Shown here: one piece after another, positions 40,307 through 51,719 of the stretch
Numbering within the stretch: position 1 is the stretch's first letter
Layout: every line of letters begins with the position of its first letter
DNA from: an uncultured candidate division Zixibacteria bacterium
GTDB taxonomy: Bacteria > Zixibacteria > MSB-5A5 > GN15 > FEB-12
Length of the DNA: 64,000 nt
Reading direction: 5' to 3'
Assembly (NCBI GenBank): GCA_963806185.1
Contig: CAWDXE010000004.1
Location: forward strand, 128,001 to 192,000
The notes under the pieces: generated by a model
Databases searched by the model: none
What the model was told of the DNA's origin: nothing
What the model saw: the letters and a program-made list of their open reading frames with translations, nothing else
Translations under genes and position numbers: made by a program

Positions 40307-40837
40307 ATGATCACCAAGGGATCGATGCGCGTTCTCATTTTCTTCCTCATCACCGGTATTCTGCTCAGTGTCGCGCTCATGGTCCAGTCTGAAACACCCA
40401 AGAAACCGGCCATTGAGAAAATCAAACTCTCTCAATTCGGCTGGCTCTCCGGCTCCTGGCGCATGGACTCCGGCTCTGAAATTCTCTATGAAATCTGGGA
40501 CTGCACCGACACCGCCGTCTATCGCGGAACCGGTCTCTCCGTAAAAATAGATCGTGCCACGCTGGCGCGCGACTCATCGCTCGGCGAACTCATGCGTCTG
40601 GAACCGACTGACTCCGGATTGTTCTTCGTCGCCATGGTTCAGCACAACGCTTCAGAAGTAGGCTTCAAGCTGGTCCGCATGGACAGCACCGGCGCCGTCT
40701 TTGAGAACCCCTCGCACGATTTCCCAACCCGCGTGATCTACAAACCGCTGGGCAACGACTCTCTATACGCCCGAGTCGAGGGCCGCCGTGGCGACAAAGA
40801 GGTCGGCCTCGATTTCCGCTACGCCCGCATGAACTGA
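40307..40837 (+). CDS. DUF6265-like exported protein
   Basis: N-terminal TM segment; WLSGSW, YEIW and FENPSHDFPTRVIY motifs. Confidence 0.7.
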   Translation: MITKGSMRVLIFFLITGILLSVALMVQSETPKKPAIEKIKLSQFGWLSGSWRMDSGSEILYEIWDCTDTAVYRGTGLSVKIDRATLARDSSLGELMRLEPTDSGLFFVAMVQHNASEVGFKLVRMDSTGAVFENPSHDFPTRVIYKPLGNDSLYARVEGRRGDKEVGLDFRYARMN

Positions 40838-40839
40838 CT

Positions 40840-41220
40840 CGGCAGTTCTGCCGCATTGTCGGGACGTTCTGTTGGTCGGGTTCCGTAGCGAGCCTCAGCT
40901 TGCCCAGAAACCAGACACCTCTTCTGTTCCACTCATTGCGAGGAGCGCAGCGACGAAGCGACCTCAAAACTCTCTTGATCCACGACGCAGCCGTCATCGA
41001 ATTTCTTCTACAATGACACGGCCGTCGCACTGAGCGAAGTCGAAGTGTGACGTTCTCCAAACCCCGCCGCCTCGAGCGTAGACGAGAGGCGCTATACATC
41101 CGTCGCGTCAGATCCTGCGCCGAGTCCTCGAGGCGTGTGACCTGACGCTTTTTTCTCATCCCCTCACCCTTCGGAAGGGAGCCAGGGTGAGGGCGAATAA
41201 GGAAGAAGGACAGGCCTTGT
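40840..41220. repeat. Intergenic cluster of REP-like palindromes between convergent genes
   Basis: ggtcgggttcc...gaaaccagac; tcattgcgaggagcgcagcgacgaagcg; cgtcgcactgagcgaagtcgaagtg; gcgtcag...gtgtgacctgacgcttttttct; ccctcaccct...agggtgaggg. Confidence 0.8.
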
Positions 41221-41226
41221 GCTTGC

Positions 41227-42153
41227 CTACGGCGTTACCGGCACCCGAAACGCAAACACATGACTTCCCGTGTAGAAAAACTCCGTGTCATGAAACGTAT
41301 CCAGCAGCACAATATTCCAGATCCGCGGATTCACCGTCGGTGTCCTGATCGTGTCAACTGAGTTGTTCCGGTCAATCCGAATCATATTCCGCGAAAAATT
41401 GCCGTTCTCATCTGCGGCCGAAATACGCACCAGCGGCCGCTTCACCGTGCCGGAGAATTTTGACTTCGCCGCGATCGCCAGATCCTCACCATCAGTTATC
41501 ACGGGAATCTCATCGTACTGAAGATAAGTAGCGCCACCGAACGTATACGACGAATCGGCCGTGAAATCTGCGTTTGCAGAGCGGATCTGATGATAAATAT
41601 CCCCATCCCCCGGAAAACTCGTCCCCCCGGCCGGATCGACCGTTACAAATATAGATGTGGATCCTCCGCCGTTGTACCCCCACAGATACCACCCCTTATA
41701 GAGGTCACCGGATCCACCCAGGCGCAGCAGGAATGCATATCGCGTAATATCGCGATCCGTCGTATCCACAATCGTCGTGTCAGAGTATACCCTTCGCGTC
41801 TGGATGGTGAATTCATCGGTCACCGTCGCCGTTGCTTCCGTCTGCGATCCGCGCGGGTACCAGTAGTACACCCGCTTTGAGTTGATCGCCACGTCGATTG
41901 TCCGCCGATGGCTGAGCATCGAATCGCGGCACGTCCCGTCGTCATACGGCACCGTGTAATCCGTCGGAATCACCAGGCTGTCCCAACGGAACAGATCACG
42001 CCCCATTTCCGACTTCGTCAAGAGCGACTTGATTTCGTCGACGTCGGTGGTGAACGGCGTGTCCTTCTCCTTGCATCCGCCATAGACCAGCGCCAAAACG
42101 ACCAACAGCCATAGTGCCCGGTGTCTCTTTGCCATTTGCATCACCCTCTTCAT
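41227..42153 (-). CDS. Hypothetical lipoprotein
   Basis: Basic N-terminus + hydrophobic stretch + GGC lipobox-like site; directly downstream of uvrB. Confidence 0.7.
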   Translation of the reverse strand: MKRVMQMAKRHRALWLLVVLALVYGGCKEKDTPFTTDVDEIKSLLTKSEMGRDLFRWDSLVIPTDYTVPYDDGTCRDSMLSHRRTIDVAINSKRVYYWYPRGSQTEATATVTDEFTIQTRRVYSDTTIVDTTDRDITRYAFLLRLGGSGDLYKGWYLWGYNGGGSTSIFVTVDPAGGTSFPGDGDIYHQIRSANADFTADSSYTFGGATYLQYDEIPVITDGEDLAIAAKSKFSGTVKRPLVRISAADENGNFSRNMIRIDRNNSVDTIRTPTVNPRIWNIVLLDTFHDTEFFYTGSHVFAFRVPVTP

Positions 42154-42158
42154 CTGTC

Positions 42159-44183
42159 CTACCGTCGGGCGCGCAATTTCGCCCGCTTCTGCTGCTCTTT
42201 CAGCTTTTTGACTTCGTCGCGAAGCATGATCGCCGCCTCGAAATCAAGATTCTCCGCCGCCTTCTTCATCGCCGTCATCATGAACGAAAGCTGGTCCTCC
42301 AGCGACATCAAGTGGAAATGCTCCGGCTTGTCAACCTTCGTTTCTTCAACTGTCCGGCTGTCCGCAAACCTGGTCGACCGGAGAATCTCGTCCCTTGTCT
42401 TAAAGACGGTTTCCGGGGTAATTCCGTTCGCTTCATTATACGCTATCTGCTTGATTCGGCGGCGATTCGTTTCGTCGATCGCCTTACGCATCGAATCGGT
42501 AATCCTGTCGGCGTAGAAGATTACTTCGCCGTTCTTGTTGCGCGCCGCCCGCCCCGCCGTCTGGATCAACGATCGCTCCGACCGCAAGAAACCCTCTTTG
42601 TCGGCGTCCAGCACCGCCACCAGCGACACCTCCGGCAGATCCAGCCCTTCGCGGAGTAGGTTAATTCCCACCAGCACGTCAAACTGGTGCAGCCGCAAAT
42701 CGCGAATAATCTCCGTCCGCTCTATCGAATCAATCTCGCTGTGCAGATACCGTACGCTGATCCCCATCCGGGTCATATAGTCGGTCAAGTCCTCCGACAT
42801 CCGCTTGGTCAACGTGGTCACCAGAATCCGCTCACTCTTGGCCGCTCGAATCCGTACCTGCTCCAGCAAATCGTCAACCTGGTTCTTCAGCGGCTTGACC
42901 GTGATCTTGGGATCCAAAAGTCCGGTCGGCCGTATGACCTGCTCTACCACCACCCCCTCGGCCCTCTCCAATTCAAAATCAGCCGGCGTCGCGGAGACAT
43001 ATATCACCTTGTCGATGAGACTCTCAAACTCATCAAAATAGAGCGGTCGATTGTCCAGAGCGGACGGGAGACGGAACCCGTGCTCCACCAAAACGTCCTT
43101 GCGGCTGCGATCTCCCGCAAACATCCCGCGAATCTGCGGAATCGACTGGTGCGATTCATCGATGACCAACAGAAAATCCTTGGGAAAGAAATCGATCAGA
43201 CACTGCGGCCGTTCGCCTGCCTCACGGTTGGTCAAATACCGCGAATAATTCTCCACCCCGCTGCAATAACCGACCTCTTTCAGCATCTCGATATCGTACT
43301 TCGTCCGCATTTCCAGCCGCTGTGCCTCCAGCAGCTTATCGAGTTGACGGTACACCTCCAGCCGATCTTTCAATTCCCGCTGAATTCCCTCAATCGCTTT
43401 CTCCAGTGTCGGCTTGCTGGTCACGAAGTGTTTGGCCGGGTAGATCGCCACTCTCTGTCGTTCACTGATGATCTCGCCCGTCAGCGGGTCAATCTCCGTT
43501 ATCCGCTCAATCGTGTCCCCGAAAAACTCAAACCGCAGCGCCGTTTCATGGTAGGCCGGAATCAGTTCAATCGTATCGCCGCGCACCCGGAAATTGCCTC
43601 TGGAAAAATCAATTTCATTCCGGTTGTAGTGTATCCCGATCAGATTCCGGATCACCTCGTCCCGGTCCATCTCCGCACCCAGTTCGAAAAACATCATCTG
43701 CTTCTTGTATTCCACCGGCGAACCGATACCGTAGATGCACGACACGGAGGCCACAATTATGACATCCTTCCGTTCCAGCAGCGACGCCGTCGCCCGCAGC
43801 CGCAGACGGTCAATATCCTCGTTCATCGCCGTATCCTTCTCGATGAACGTGTCGGTAGTGGGGAGGTACGCTTCCGGCTGGTAGTAATCGTAGTAACTGA
43901 TGAAGAACTCAACTGCGTTTTTCGGGAAAAACGCCTTCAGCTCTCCGTACAACTGGGCCGCCAGCGTCTTATTGTGCGACATGACCAGCGTGGGCCGTCC
44001 GTATTGAGCGATCACGTTGGCAATCGTAAACGTCTTGCCCGACCCCGTCACTCCGAGCAATACCTGGTGCTTACGATCGGCCTCCAGCCCTTCCCGAAGC
44101 TCCTTAATCGCCGTCGGCTGGTCGCCGCTGGGGGAGAAGGTAGCCGCCAGTTCGAATTGCGCTTTTTCCTCAATTTCCGCCAA
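42159..44183 (-). CDS. uvrB: Excinuclease ABC subunit B
   Basis: [45 protein letters not shown] and C-terminal UVR domain; TTG start after GGAGG. Confidence 0.97.
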   Translation of the reverse strand: MAEIEEKAQFELAATFSPSGDQPTAIKELREGLEADRKHQVLLGVTGSGKTFTIANVIAQYGRPTLVMSHNKTLAAQLYGELKAFFPKNAVEFFISYYDYYQPEAYLPTTDTFIEKDTAMNEDIDRLRLRATASLLERKDVIIVASVSCIYGIGSPVEYKKQMMFFELGAEMDRDEVIRNLIGIHYNRNEIDFSRGNFRVRGDTIELIPAYHETALRFEFFGDTIERITEIDPLTGEIISERQRVAIYPAKHFVTSKPTLEKAIEGIQRELKDRLEVYRQLDKLLEAQRLEMRTKYDIEMLKEVGYCSGVENYSRYLTNREAGERPQCLIDFFPKDFLLVIDESHQSIPQIRGMFAGDRSRKDVLVEHGFRLPSALDNRPLYFDEFESLIDKVIYVSATPADFELERAEGVVVEQVIRPTGLLDPKITVKPLKNQVDDLLEQVRIRAAKSERILVTTLTKRMSEDLTDYMTRMGISVRYLHSEIDSIERTEIIRDLRLHQFDVLVGINLLREGLDLPEVSLVAVLDADKEGFLRSERSLIQTAGRAARNKNGEVIFYADRITDSMRKAIDETNRRRIKQIAYNEANGITPETVFKTRDEILRSTRFADSRTVEETKVDKPEHFHLMSLEDQLSFMMTAMKKAAENLDFEAAIMLRDEVKKLKEQQKRAKLRARR

Positions 44184-44369
44184 ATCGCCTCCAACACCCG
44201 GTATTTTCAAAAATTCCCCCAACAAAACAATATACCGAATCCGCCCCGGACCCGTATCATATTTGGAAAAGAATTCCTCTAAGCTCCTCTGCCACAATTG
44301 GAACGAAGTCGCCGTCCAAGTAGTGTAAGGCCTGAAACAGCATGCGCGACACCAGATACCAAAAACCCC

Positions 44370-44397
44370 TTGACTTGTTTGGTAATTGCATTACCTT
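44370..44397 (+). promoter_or_regulatory. Sigma70-like promoter upstream of rplU
   Basis: TTGACT-16 nt-TACCTT. Confidence 0.45.
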
Positions 44398-44453
44398 CTT
44401 GGGCTTAACTTTAACCCTGAGAATAAGTTCACGGTTATGTGGAGGTCTTGCTG

Positions 44454-44771
44454 ATGTACGCCATCTTTCAATTTGCCGGCATGCAGTTTCGAGCCGAGGA
44501 GGGCGAGGTTGTTCGCGTCCCTCGTCAAAAGGCCGACCAGGGCGGCAAACTAAATATCACCGATGTCCTGATGGTCAAGGACGACGCCAAAGCTCGCTTC
44601 GGTACGCCAACGGTCCCGGGAGCCACGATTGAAGCCGAGGTCATTACCCATGGTAAGGGCGAAAAAATCCTTATGTTCAAGTACAAACGGCGCACCAAGA
44701 GTCGCAGAACTCGCGGACATCGCCAGGATTTCACCGACATCAAGATCAATAAAATTCACGCCCCCGCCTGA
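44454..44771 (+). CDS. rplU: 50S ribosomal protein L21
   Basis: MYAIF-GMQFR, GTPTV-GA and FKYKRR-GHRQ motifs; GGAGGT SD. Confidence 0.95.
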   Translation: MYAIFQFAGMQFRAEEGEVVRVPRQKADQGGKLNITDVLMVKDDAKARFGTPTVPGATIEAEVITHGKGEKILMFKYKRRTKSRRTRGHRQDFTDIKINKIHAPA

Positions 44772-44787
44772 TCGCTTGATCGCGCCA

Positions 44788-47292
44788 ATGCTGAATCGAG
44801 CATGGACTGCTTGTCTCGCGCTCTGTCTGTTTCTCGGCCTGGCCTCCACCGCCGCGGCTCAGAGCAATTATCGCATCGTCGACGTTGAAGTGGTCGGCAA
44901 CCGCGTTGCCACCACCTCGCTCGTTCTCGGCGTCTCTGCCCTCGACAAAGGTTCGCCCCTCTCGCCTCAGGCCATTCAACAGACCCTGACTCGCCTCTAT
45001 GGCCTGGGCATTTTCTCCGATGTCCGGCTGGAGGCCGAAGAGGTCTCCGGCGGCCTGAAGGTCTATATCGTAGTCAAGGAACTTCCCAAGCTCGCCGCCC
45101 TCGAATTCTCCGGCAACAATGAGATCAACGCCAAAGACCTCAAAGAAAAACTCGCTCTGGGCGTCGGCGGTTACATTTCGCCCTTTCTGATTCACGACAA
45201 AGCCGAGACCATCCGCAAGCTCTATCAGGACAAAGGCTTCTTCCGCGCCTCGGCCAAACCGACCCTCACCTACAACGCCGATTCCACCGAGGCCTCTCTG
45301 GCCTACGCGATCGACGAAAAATCCAAAGTGAAGGTCGAAAACGTCGTCATGACCGGCAACGTGCGCGTGCCGTCCGAAAAACTGATCGGCAAAATGCGCA
45401 ATCGCAAACGCGGCTTCCTCAAAAGCTCCAATTTTGCCGAGGAAAAATACGACGAGGACCTGCAGAAAGTCATCGACGAATACCACAAGAAAGGGTACGT
45501 CGACGCCTACATGATCTCCGACTCCACCTCGATCGACTCCGTCACCAACCAAATGACCGTCTATCTCAACGTCTACGAGGGTCCGCTCTACTACTTCGGC
45601 AAACCCACCTTTGAAGGGACCGACGTGCTCAAGCCGGAACTCCTCACTCGTACCCTGAAATTCACTGGCGGTGAAGTATTTAATATCGAGACCTACGACA
45701 AATCCATTTCCGAGCTGTACGCCGCCTATTCCGAAATCGGCCACCTGCACGTTCGCATCGACGACGAACGCACCACCCGCGCCGATTCCATTCTCGACAT
45801 CAAGTACGTCGTCACCGAGGGCCTACCGTCGCACATCAACCTCGTCCACATCGTCGGCAATACCAAGACCAAGGACAAAGTCATCCGCCGCGAACTCACC
45901 ACCTATCCGGGCCAGGTCTTCAACCGCTCGCTCCTGATTCGCTCGGTGCGCGACGTCATGGCCCTCAATTACTTTGAGAATGTCGAACCGTCCCCGCTCG
46001 ATCTTCCCAACGGTGACATCGATCTCGAATATCGCATTAAGGAAAAGCAGACCGGTCAGATCTCCGCCGGCGCCGGTTACAATAGCCAGGACAAGCTCGT
46101 CGGCTCGCTCGGCCTCGGCCTCCCCAATTTCCGAGGCAATGGTCAGGATGTTTCCTTCAACATCGACTTCGGCTCCAAGCGCAACTCGTTCCAGCTTTCC
46201 TTCACCGAGCCTTGGTTCATGAACCGCCCGACTTTGCTTGGTCTCGACGCCTTCCTGCTTAACCGCCGCTGGTATGACGAATACACTGAAGGTCGCGAGG
46301 GCGGCTCGGTCCGACTCGGTCGCCGCCTCCGCTGGCCCGACAACTACTTCCGCATCTCCGGTGTCTACCGTCTCGAACGAAACAAATACTACGATTTCAG
46401 CGACAATTTTAAGGTCAACAACAGCTACGTCGAAAATTACTACTACGGCTCGACGATGACCGTGATTGATGGCGATACCACCTACACCGCCGGCCCGACC
46501 AGTTCGTTGGTCGTTGTGACCAAGGGTGACCTTCCCGGATCGGTCGTCTCCTACAAAGAGAAATGGAACACGGCCTCGCAGGTCGGCTTCACCATCAGCC
46601 GTGACTCCCGAAATCTGCCCGAATTTGCCACCAAAGGTTCGCAGGTCATTTATTCCGCCGAATTCACCGGCGGTCCGTTAGGCGGCTTCTGGAAATACAG
46701 TAAACACACCTTGAGTGTCGCCAAATTTATTCCGTTGGTCTGGAAGTTTGCCCTGGCCGCGAAGGTACAGTATGGTATGGTTACCTCCGGCTCAGGTGAT
46801 GACCGCATTCTGGTGTCCGACCGCTTCACCCCGGGCGGTACCGGTTATGACGGCGTCATTCGCGGATATGACGATGGCGCGATCACCCCTGACACGATTG
46901 TTCCCCCGACTTCCATTACCTACTATATTGCCGATACCACCGGGAATCCCGCCTACCTGCATCCGGACTCGGCATTCCATTCAACCAATACTGGTGAGTT
47001 CTACACCCGCGTCCGCGGCAAATACATGCTGGTGGGGAATTTCGAACTGCAATTCCCCATCGTCGAACGCACGATTTACGGTCTGATGTTCTACGACGCC
47101 GGCGGCTCCTGGCTCCACGCCCGTGATATCAAACCCTTCAGCAATCTCTACCGGGGCGTCGGCTTCGGCTTCCGCATCGCCGTGCCCGGCATCGGCACAC
47201 TCGGCTTCGACTTTGGCCACCCTCTGGATTCCTTCCGGGGATCGGATCGGAAATGGAAACCCCACTTCCAGATTGGCACCACCTTCAGATAA
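44788..47292 (+). CDS. bamA: Outer membrane protein assembly factor BamA
   Basis: Signal peptide; POTRA repeats (V-GN, GNTKTKDKVIRRE); FTEPW; IRGY; C-terminal FQIGTTF. Confidence 0.95.
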   Translation: MLNRAWTACLALCLFLGLASTAAAQSNYRIVDVEVVGNRVATTSLVLGVSALDKGSPLSPQAIQQTLTRLYGLGIFSDVRLEAEEVSGGLKVYIVVKELPKLAALEFSGNNEINAKDLKEKLALGVGGYISPFLIHDKAETIRKLYQDKGFFRASAKPTLTYNADSTEASLAYAIDEKSKVKVENVVMTGNVRVPSEKLIGKMRNRKRGFLKSSNFAEEKYDEDLQKVIDEYHKKGYVDAYMISDSTSIDSVTNQMTVYLNVYEGPLYYFGKPTFEGTDVLKPELLTRTLKFTGGEVFNIETYDKSISELYAAYSEIGHLHVRIDDERTTRADSILDIKYVVTEGLPSHINLVHIVGNTKTKDKVIRRELTTYPGQVFNRSLLIRSVRDVMALNYFENVEPSPLDLPNGDIDLEYRIKEKQTGQISAGAGYNSQDKLVGSLGLGLPNFRGNGQDVSFNIDFGSKRNSFQLSFTEPWFMNRPTLLGLDAFLLNRRWYDEYTEGREGGSVRLGRRLRWPDNYFRISGVYRLERNKYYDFSDNFKVNNSYVENYYYGSTMTVIDGDTTYTAGPTSSLVVVTKGDLPGSVVSYKEKWNTASQVGFTISRDSRNLPEFATKGSQVIYSAEFTGGPLGGFWKYSKHTLSVAKFIPLVWKFALAAKVQYGMVTSGSGDDRILVSDRFTPGGTGYDGVIRGYDDGAITPDTIVPPTSITYYIADTTGNPAYLHPDSAFHSTNTGEFYTRVRGKYMLVGNFELQFPIVERTIYGLMFYDAGGSWLHARDIKPFSNLYRGVGFGFRIAVPGIGTLGFDFGHPLDSFRGSDRKWKPHFQIGTTFR

Positions 47293-47326
47293 TGATTATG
47301 TTATTCAGCAAGAGGAGATGATAAAG

Positions 47327-47866
47327 ATGTCCACTGCAAAACTTTTCGTTCGCGCCGGCTTGCTGGCGCTGGTTCTGGGACTGGTCTTTTCCTTTACGGC
47401 CACTGCCCAGACGATGAAGATTGGGTTCGTCAACGACGAACTCATCAAGCAGAAATACCCGGCCTGGCAGCGTGCCCAGGAACAGTGGGAAACCGAACGT
47501 AAGGCTTGGGATGCCGAAGCCCAGACTCAGCAGACCGCGCTGCAGGAGATGATGGCCGACTACGACAAGCAGCGCCTGATCCTCTCCGACGATAAGCGCA
47601 AAGAGCGTGAGGCTGCCATTCGCGCCAAGCAGGAATCCCTCGATAACTACACCAAGGGTATCTACGGACCCGATGGCACTGCCGAGAAGAAACAGCAGGA
47701 ACTCGTCGGCCCCCTGCTCGAAAATGTCAACAAGGCCATCGAGGCGGTTGCCATCGAGGAGAACTTCGACGTGATCTTTACTTTGCAGAGCGGGTTGGGG
47801 TATATTAAGGAAACGTACGACGTAACCCAGAAGGTTATCGACGCCCTTGAGAAGCTCGACAAATAG
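47327..47866 (+). CDS. skp: Skp/OmpH periplasmic chaperone
   Basis: Signal peptide, KIGFVN, long coiled coil, DVTQKVI; lies between bamA and lpxD. Confidence 0.9.
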   Translation: MSTAKLFVRAGLLALVLGLVFSFTATAQTMKIGFVNDELIKQKYPAWQRAQEQWETERKAWDAEAQTQQTALQEMMADYDKQRLILSDDKRKEREAAIRAKQESLDNYTKGIYGPDGTAEKKQQELVGPLLENVNKAIEAVAIEENFDVIFTLQSGLGYIKETYDVTQKVIDALEKLDK

Positions 47867-48894
47867 CCGCTCACTCACTCTGGCCCAGCTTGCGGCCACG
47901 GTCGGCGCCGATCTGCACGGCGATGGCAACATCGTCGTCAACGGCGTGGCGCCGATCGAGGCCGCCCGGCCCGGGCAGATCAGTTTCGTCGCCAATCAGA
48001 AATACACCAGGTACATCCTCACCACGCAGGCGTCGGCTCTGGTCCTTGCCCCCGAGACCCCCTGCGGGCATATGCCCGTGCTCCGGCACAAGAATCCCTA
48101 CGCCATCTTCGCCCGCGTCCTCTCCTTGCTCTATCCGGAGAGCCCCAATGTTCGCGATTGGCATTCACCCGTCGGCCGTCATTGAACCCGGCGCTCGGAT
48201 CGACCCCACCGCCGCTATCGGACCGTTCTGTCACATTCGGACCAACGCCGTTATCGGTGCCAACGTCCAGCTCGTCTCCGGCAACTACATCGGCCCGAAT
48301 GTCACCGTCGGCGACGACACGATCATCTATCCCGGCGTGCGCATTCAGGACGACTGTCGCGTCGGTGAGCGCTGCATCCTTCATCCGGGGGTGGTCATCG
48401 GGTCTGATGGTTTTGGCTTTGCCCCGTCTGAGCGAGGGATAGAAAAGATCCCGCAGGTCGGCTGGGTTGAACTCGGCGACGAGGTGGAAATCGGCTCGAA
48501 CACCACCGTCGATCGCGGTGCCATCGGCCCTACGAAGGTGGGGAAGGGGACGAAGATCGACAACCTCGTGATGATCGCTCACAACGTCGAAATCGGCGAT
48601 TACTGCTTCATCGTCGCTCAGGTCGGCATCGCCGGCTCCACCAAAATCGGCAATAACACGATCCTGGCCGGCCAGGTCGGCATCATCGGCCATCTCGAGA
48701 TCGGCAACAATGTCAAGATTGGGGCGCAAGCGGGCGTCGCCAACAATGTCCCGGACAACACCACTTTGCTGGGATCGCCCGCCCGCGAGATTCATGAAAT
48801 GGAGCGCATCTTTGCCGCCATGAGCCGCCTCCCCGACCTGCTCAAACGGGTGCGCCGCCTCGAAAACGATCGCTCAAAATCAGACGCGGAATGA
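47847..48894 (+). CDS. lpxD: UDP-3-O-acyl-glucosamine N-acyltransferase (frameshift ~48150)
   Basis: ISFVAN-KY and NPY in the first frame; hexapeptide repeats, GSDGFGF, KIPQVG and KIDNLV-IAHNV in the second. Confidence 0.92.
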
Positions 48895-48922
48895 ATCTTC
48901 CAGCTCCGCCGTCTTCGACCAG

Positions 48923-49447
48923 TCACTCTTCCATCATCGTGATGTATTTCAGCGCTTCGTCCCGGTTGCCTGCTTCAATCGCCATTCGAACATGGCACAA
49001 CGTCAGCCACTGCTGACGGTCAATCAACTTCCATTCCGTGATCCTGTTGGACAGATTCGACGACGCCGCGTTCATCTCGAACGCGATATCGCGCAGCCGG
49101 CCGTGGCCGATGATCTTTGCACGACCATTCAGATCCCCTTCGCTCATCTCCTGAAGCCGATGGACGATCGCCTCGATCGTCTCCGCATCACGACTCGCCG
49201 GTACCATTTGCATGACGGCCAGTGCCGTAATCGCCGCGATAATCGCCGAGACCATGTAGGGGAGAAGCATCGTCGCCAGCACCTGCGCCCGGCCGTACGT
49301 GTCATTCACCAGCGCCTTGTCGCTATACGAAATCAACGCGGCCGAGGCCAACACCGCCGACAACAGTATCAAGCTTATCTGCCCGTACAATCTCATGCGG
49401 TACTGCCCCGCGCTTGGAATCTGCAGAGTTGCATCATGACTTGACAT
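48923..49447 (-). CDS. Two-TM HAMP-domain-like membrane protein (3' end may be truncated by an indel)
   Basis: GGAGG SD; two TM helices, then LQEMSEGDL...LRDIAFEMN; a shifted frame continues as [18 protein letters not shown]. Confidence 0.6.
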   Translation of the reverse strand: MSSHDATLQIPSAGQYRMRLYGQISLILLSAVLASAALISYSDKALVNDTYGRAQVLATMLLPYMVSAIIAAITALAVMQMVPASRDAETIEAIVHRLQEMSEGDLNGRAKIIGHGRLRDIAFEMNAASSNLSNRITEWKLIDRQQWLTLCHVRMAIEAGNRDEALKYITMMEE

Positions 49448-49569
49448 GGAATGTATGCCTCCTATAATCGCGACCCGGTTCACTCCCGGTGTCATCCCTC
49501 ACTTCGGCCCCGTCTACTACGATTATTAGCAGCATTATTGCACTTCGCTGTGCACTCCCCATACAACAG

Positions 49570-49593
49570 AAACGCCCTCTGGCGAGGGCGTTT
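49570..49593 (-). terminator. Terminator after ssb
   Basis: Perfect stem aaacgccctc-tggc-gagggcgttt. Confidence 0.7.
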
Positions 49594-49617
49594 ACAGGTC
49601 ATCTGTGCGGTTGCTGA

Positions 49618-50037
49618 TCAGAACGGAAGATCGTCGTCACCGCTGCTTGGCGCCGCTTCTGAGGTTCCGCCCCCACTGGCCGGAGCCCGCTCTTCACCGC
49701 GATTGCCGCCCCCGCCGCCGATGAAGCTGAAGCTTTCGACGACGACCTCGGAGATATACCGCTTGTTTCCCTCTTTGTCGTCGTACGACCGGTTGTCGAT
49801 CCGACCTTCGATATAAACCTCCCGCCCCTTGGCCAAATACTCTTTCATCACTTCGGCCTGCTTGCCCCACGCCACGATATTGTGCCACGTGGTCGCTTCC
49901 TGGCTCTGGCCATCCTGGCTCTTCCAGCGACGGGTCGTCGCCAGAGAGAAATTCGCCACCGCCTGCCCGCTCGGAGTGTACCGCAGATCCGGGTCTTTGC
50001 CCAAACGGCCAACAAGGATTACTTTGTTAACGCTCAT
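49618..50037 (-). CDS. ssb: Single-stranded DNA-binding protein
   Basis: VNKVILVGRLGKDP, TTWH, YIEGR and C-terminal DDDLPF. Confidence 0.98.
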   Translation of the reverse strand: MSVNKVILVGRLGKDPDLRYTPSGQAVANFSLATTRRWKSQDGQSQEATTWHNIVAWGKQAEVMKEYLAKGREVYIEGRIDNRSYDDKEGNKRYISEVVVESFSFIGGGGGNRGEERAPASGGGTSEAAPSSGDDDLPF

Positions 50038-50067
50038 TTTTCCTTCCTCATCTGAATGAATGAGCCC

Positions 50068-50095
50068 AATATACGCCCAAGCCGACCGATGTCAA
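50068..50095 (-). promoter_or_regulatory. Sigma70-like promoter of ssb
   Basis: Minus strand TTGACA-16 nt-TATATT. Confidence 0.6.
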
Positions 50096-50138
50096 GCCGC
50101 ACAGTTTTCACTTGTTGGTCACAATCTGATGTAGTATA

Positions 50139-50975
50139 GTGGCTCGCGCTATGGACACTAAATCCAATCAACCCTTTGAACCACAGCAAGCTATCACGAC
50201 CATGCAGCGGTTCATTACGGGCAAACTGCTCCAGTCCGGACTCAGCGGCTACGTCATCGGCCTATCCGGCGGCATCGACTCTGCCGTCGCCGCTGCCCTG
50301 GCCGTGAGAGCCGTCGGTCCCGACAAACTGTTTGGCGTGCTCTTGCCCTACAAGTCCTCCGCCGCCCACTCCGAATCCGACGCTCGGCTCCTCGCCAATC
50401 AACTCGGCCTCCAGTCTAAGATGGTCGATATTTCTCCTATGATCGATGCTTATTTCGGCGGCGACATCACACCCGACCTGCGCACTCGTGCCGGCAACAA
50501 AATGGCCCGCGAACGCATGGCCATCCTCTTCGACGTCGCCCACCAGATGAACCGCCTCGTGCTCGGCACCGGCAACCGTACCGAAATCTGCCTTGGCTAC
50601 ACCACCTGGTATGGCGACTCCGCCTGTTCGGTCAATCCCGTGGGTGAACTTTACAAGTCGGAACTGCGCACCATCGCCGAAATGCTGCAGGTGCCGGAAT
50701 CAATCCGCAAAAAACACCCGACCGCTGATCTGTGGGAGGGGCAAACCGACGAAGGTGAAATCGGTGTGGCCTATGATCGCATTGACGACATTCTCCGCCG
50801 TATCGTCGACCGGGGCGAAACCTCCATGGCCGCCCTTGAAGCCGACGGCTTCACCACCACGGAGATCAGCCGCATCGTCTCCATGCTGACGCGCAACGCC
50901 TTCAAGCGCCATTTGCCCGATATCGCTCCTTTGGGGAAGAAACCTATTCCCGACATCATTCAACTTCAGCCCTGA
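50139..50975 (+). CDS. nadE: NH3-dependent NAD+ synthetase (start may be ATG 50151)
   Basis: GLSGGIDS, GNKMARERM, GTGNRTE, GYTTWYGD and PTADLW-GQTDE motifs. Confidence 0.95.
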   Translation: MARAMDTKSNQPFEPQQAITTMQRFITGKLLQSGLSGYVIGLSGGIDSAVAAALAVRAVGPDKLFGVLLPYKSSAAHSESDARLLANQLGLQSKMVDISPMIDAYFGGDITPDLRTRAGNKMARERMAILFDVAHQMNRLVLGTGNRTEICLGYTTWYGDSACSVNPVGELYKSELRTIAEMLQVPESIRKKHPTADLWEGQTDEGEIGVAYDRIDDILRRIVDRGETSMAALEADGFTTTEISRIVSMLTRNAFKRHLPDIAPLGKKPIPDIIQLQP

Positions 50976-50981
50976 GTCGTC

Positions 50982-51719
50982 ATGTCGGAAACTACCGGAA
51001 AAGTCTACCTCGTTCCGACGCCCATTGGCAATCTCGGCGATATGACTCCACGCGCGCTCGAAACTCTCCGTCAGGTCGATTTAGTCGCCTGCGAGGACAC
51101 CCGTACCAGCGGCGGTTTGCTGGCAAAATTCGACATCAAGAAACGGCTGGTCTCCTACCACGAGTTCAACGAACGCTCCCGCGCCGAACAACTGCTCGCC
51201 GTCCTGCAAGAAGGGAAGGACATCGCTGTCGTCACCGACGCCGGCTCGCCCGGCATCTCCGACCCGGCCTATCGCATTGTCCGAATCGCATTGGACAACA
51301 ATATCGAAGTCATGGCGCTTCCCGGTCCCAACGCCGTCATCCCGGCCCTGACCGCCTCCGGACTCCCCACCGATCGGTTCTTCTTCGAGGGCTTTTTGCC
51401 CCACAAATCCGGTGCCCGCACCCGACGGCTGGAGCGACTGCATGATTTCGAACACACGATCATCTTCTACGAATCCCCCTACCGCGTCCACAAGTCGCTT
51501 AAAGCCATTCTGGAAGTCATGGGCGATCGTCCCGCCTGCCTCGCCCGCGAAATCAGCAAGAAATTCGAGCAGTACTATCGCGGCACTGTCAGTCAAATCC
51601 TGAAACAGATCGAGGGCCGCACGATCAAGGGCGAGGTCGTCCTGGTGATCGCCGGCAGCAAATTGGCCGCAGCCGCTGAGTCGGAAGAAGTCGACAGCGA
51701 GGAAGAGGACGACGAATGA
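50982..51719 (+). CDS. rsmI: 16S rRNA C1402 2'-O-methyltransferase
   Basis: PTPIGNLGD, CEDTR, DAGSPGISDP, FEGFLP, YESPYR and REISKKFE motifs. Confidence 0.95.
   Translation: MSETTGKVYLVPTPIGNLGDMTPRALETLRQVDLVACEDTRTSGGLLAKFDIKKRLVSYHEFNERSRAEQLLAVLQEGKDIAVVTDAGSPGISDPAYRIVRIALDNNIEVMALPGPNAVIPALTASGLPTDRFFFEGFLPHKSGARTRRLERLHDFEHTIIFYESPYRVHKSLKAILEVMGDRPACLAREISKKFEQYYRGTVSQILKQIEGRTIKGEVVLVIAGSKLAAAAESEEVDSEEEDDE

Noticed and set aside
42687..44282. Long antisense ORFs (531 aa opposite uvrB, 453 aa at 17236, 436 aa at 28616, 379 aa at 31115, etc.)
   Set aside because: These are shadow frames of high-GC genes, with no recognisable motifs or SD.
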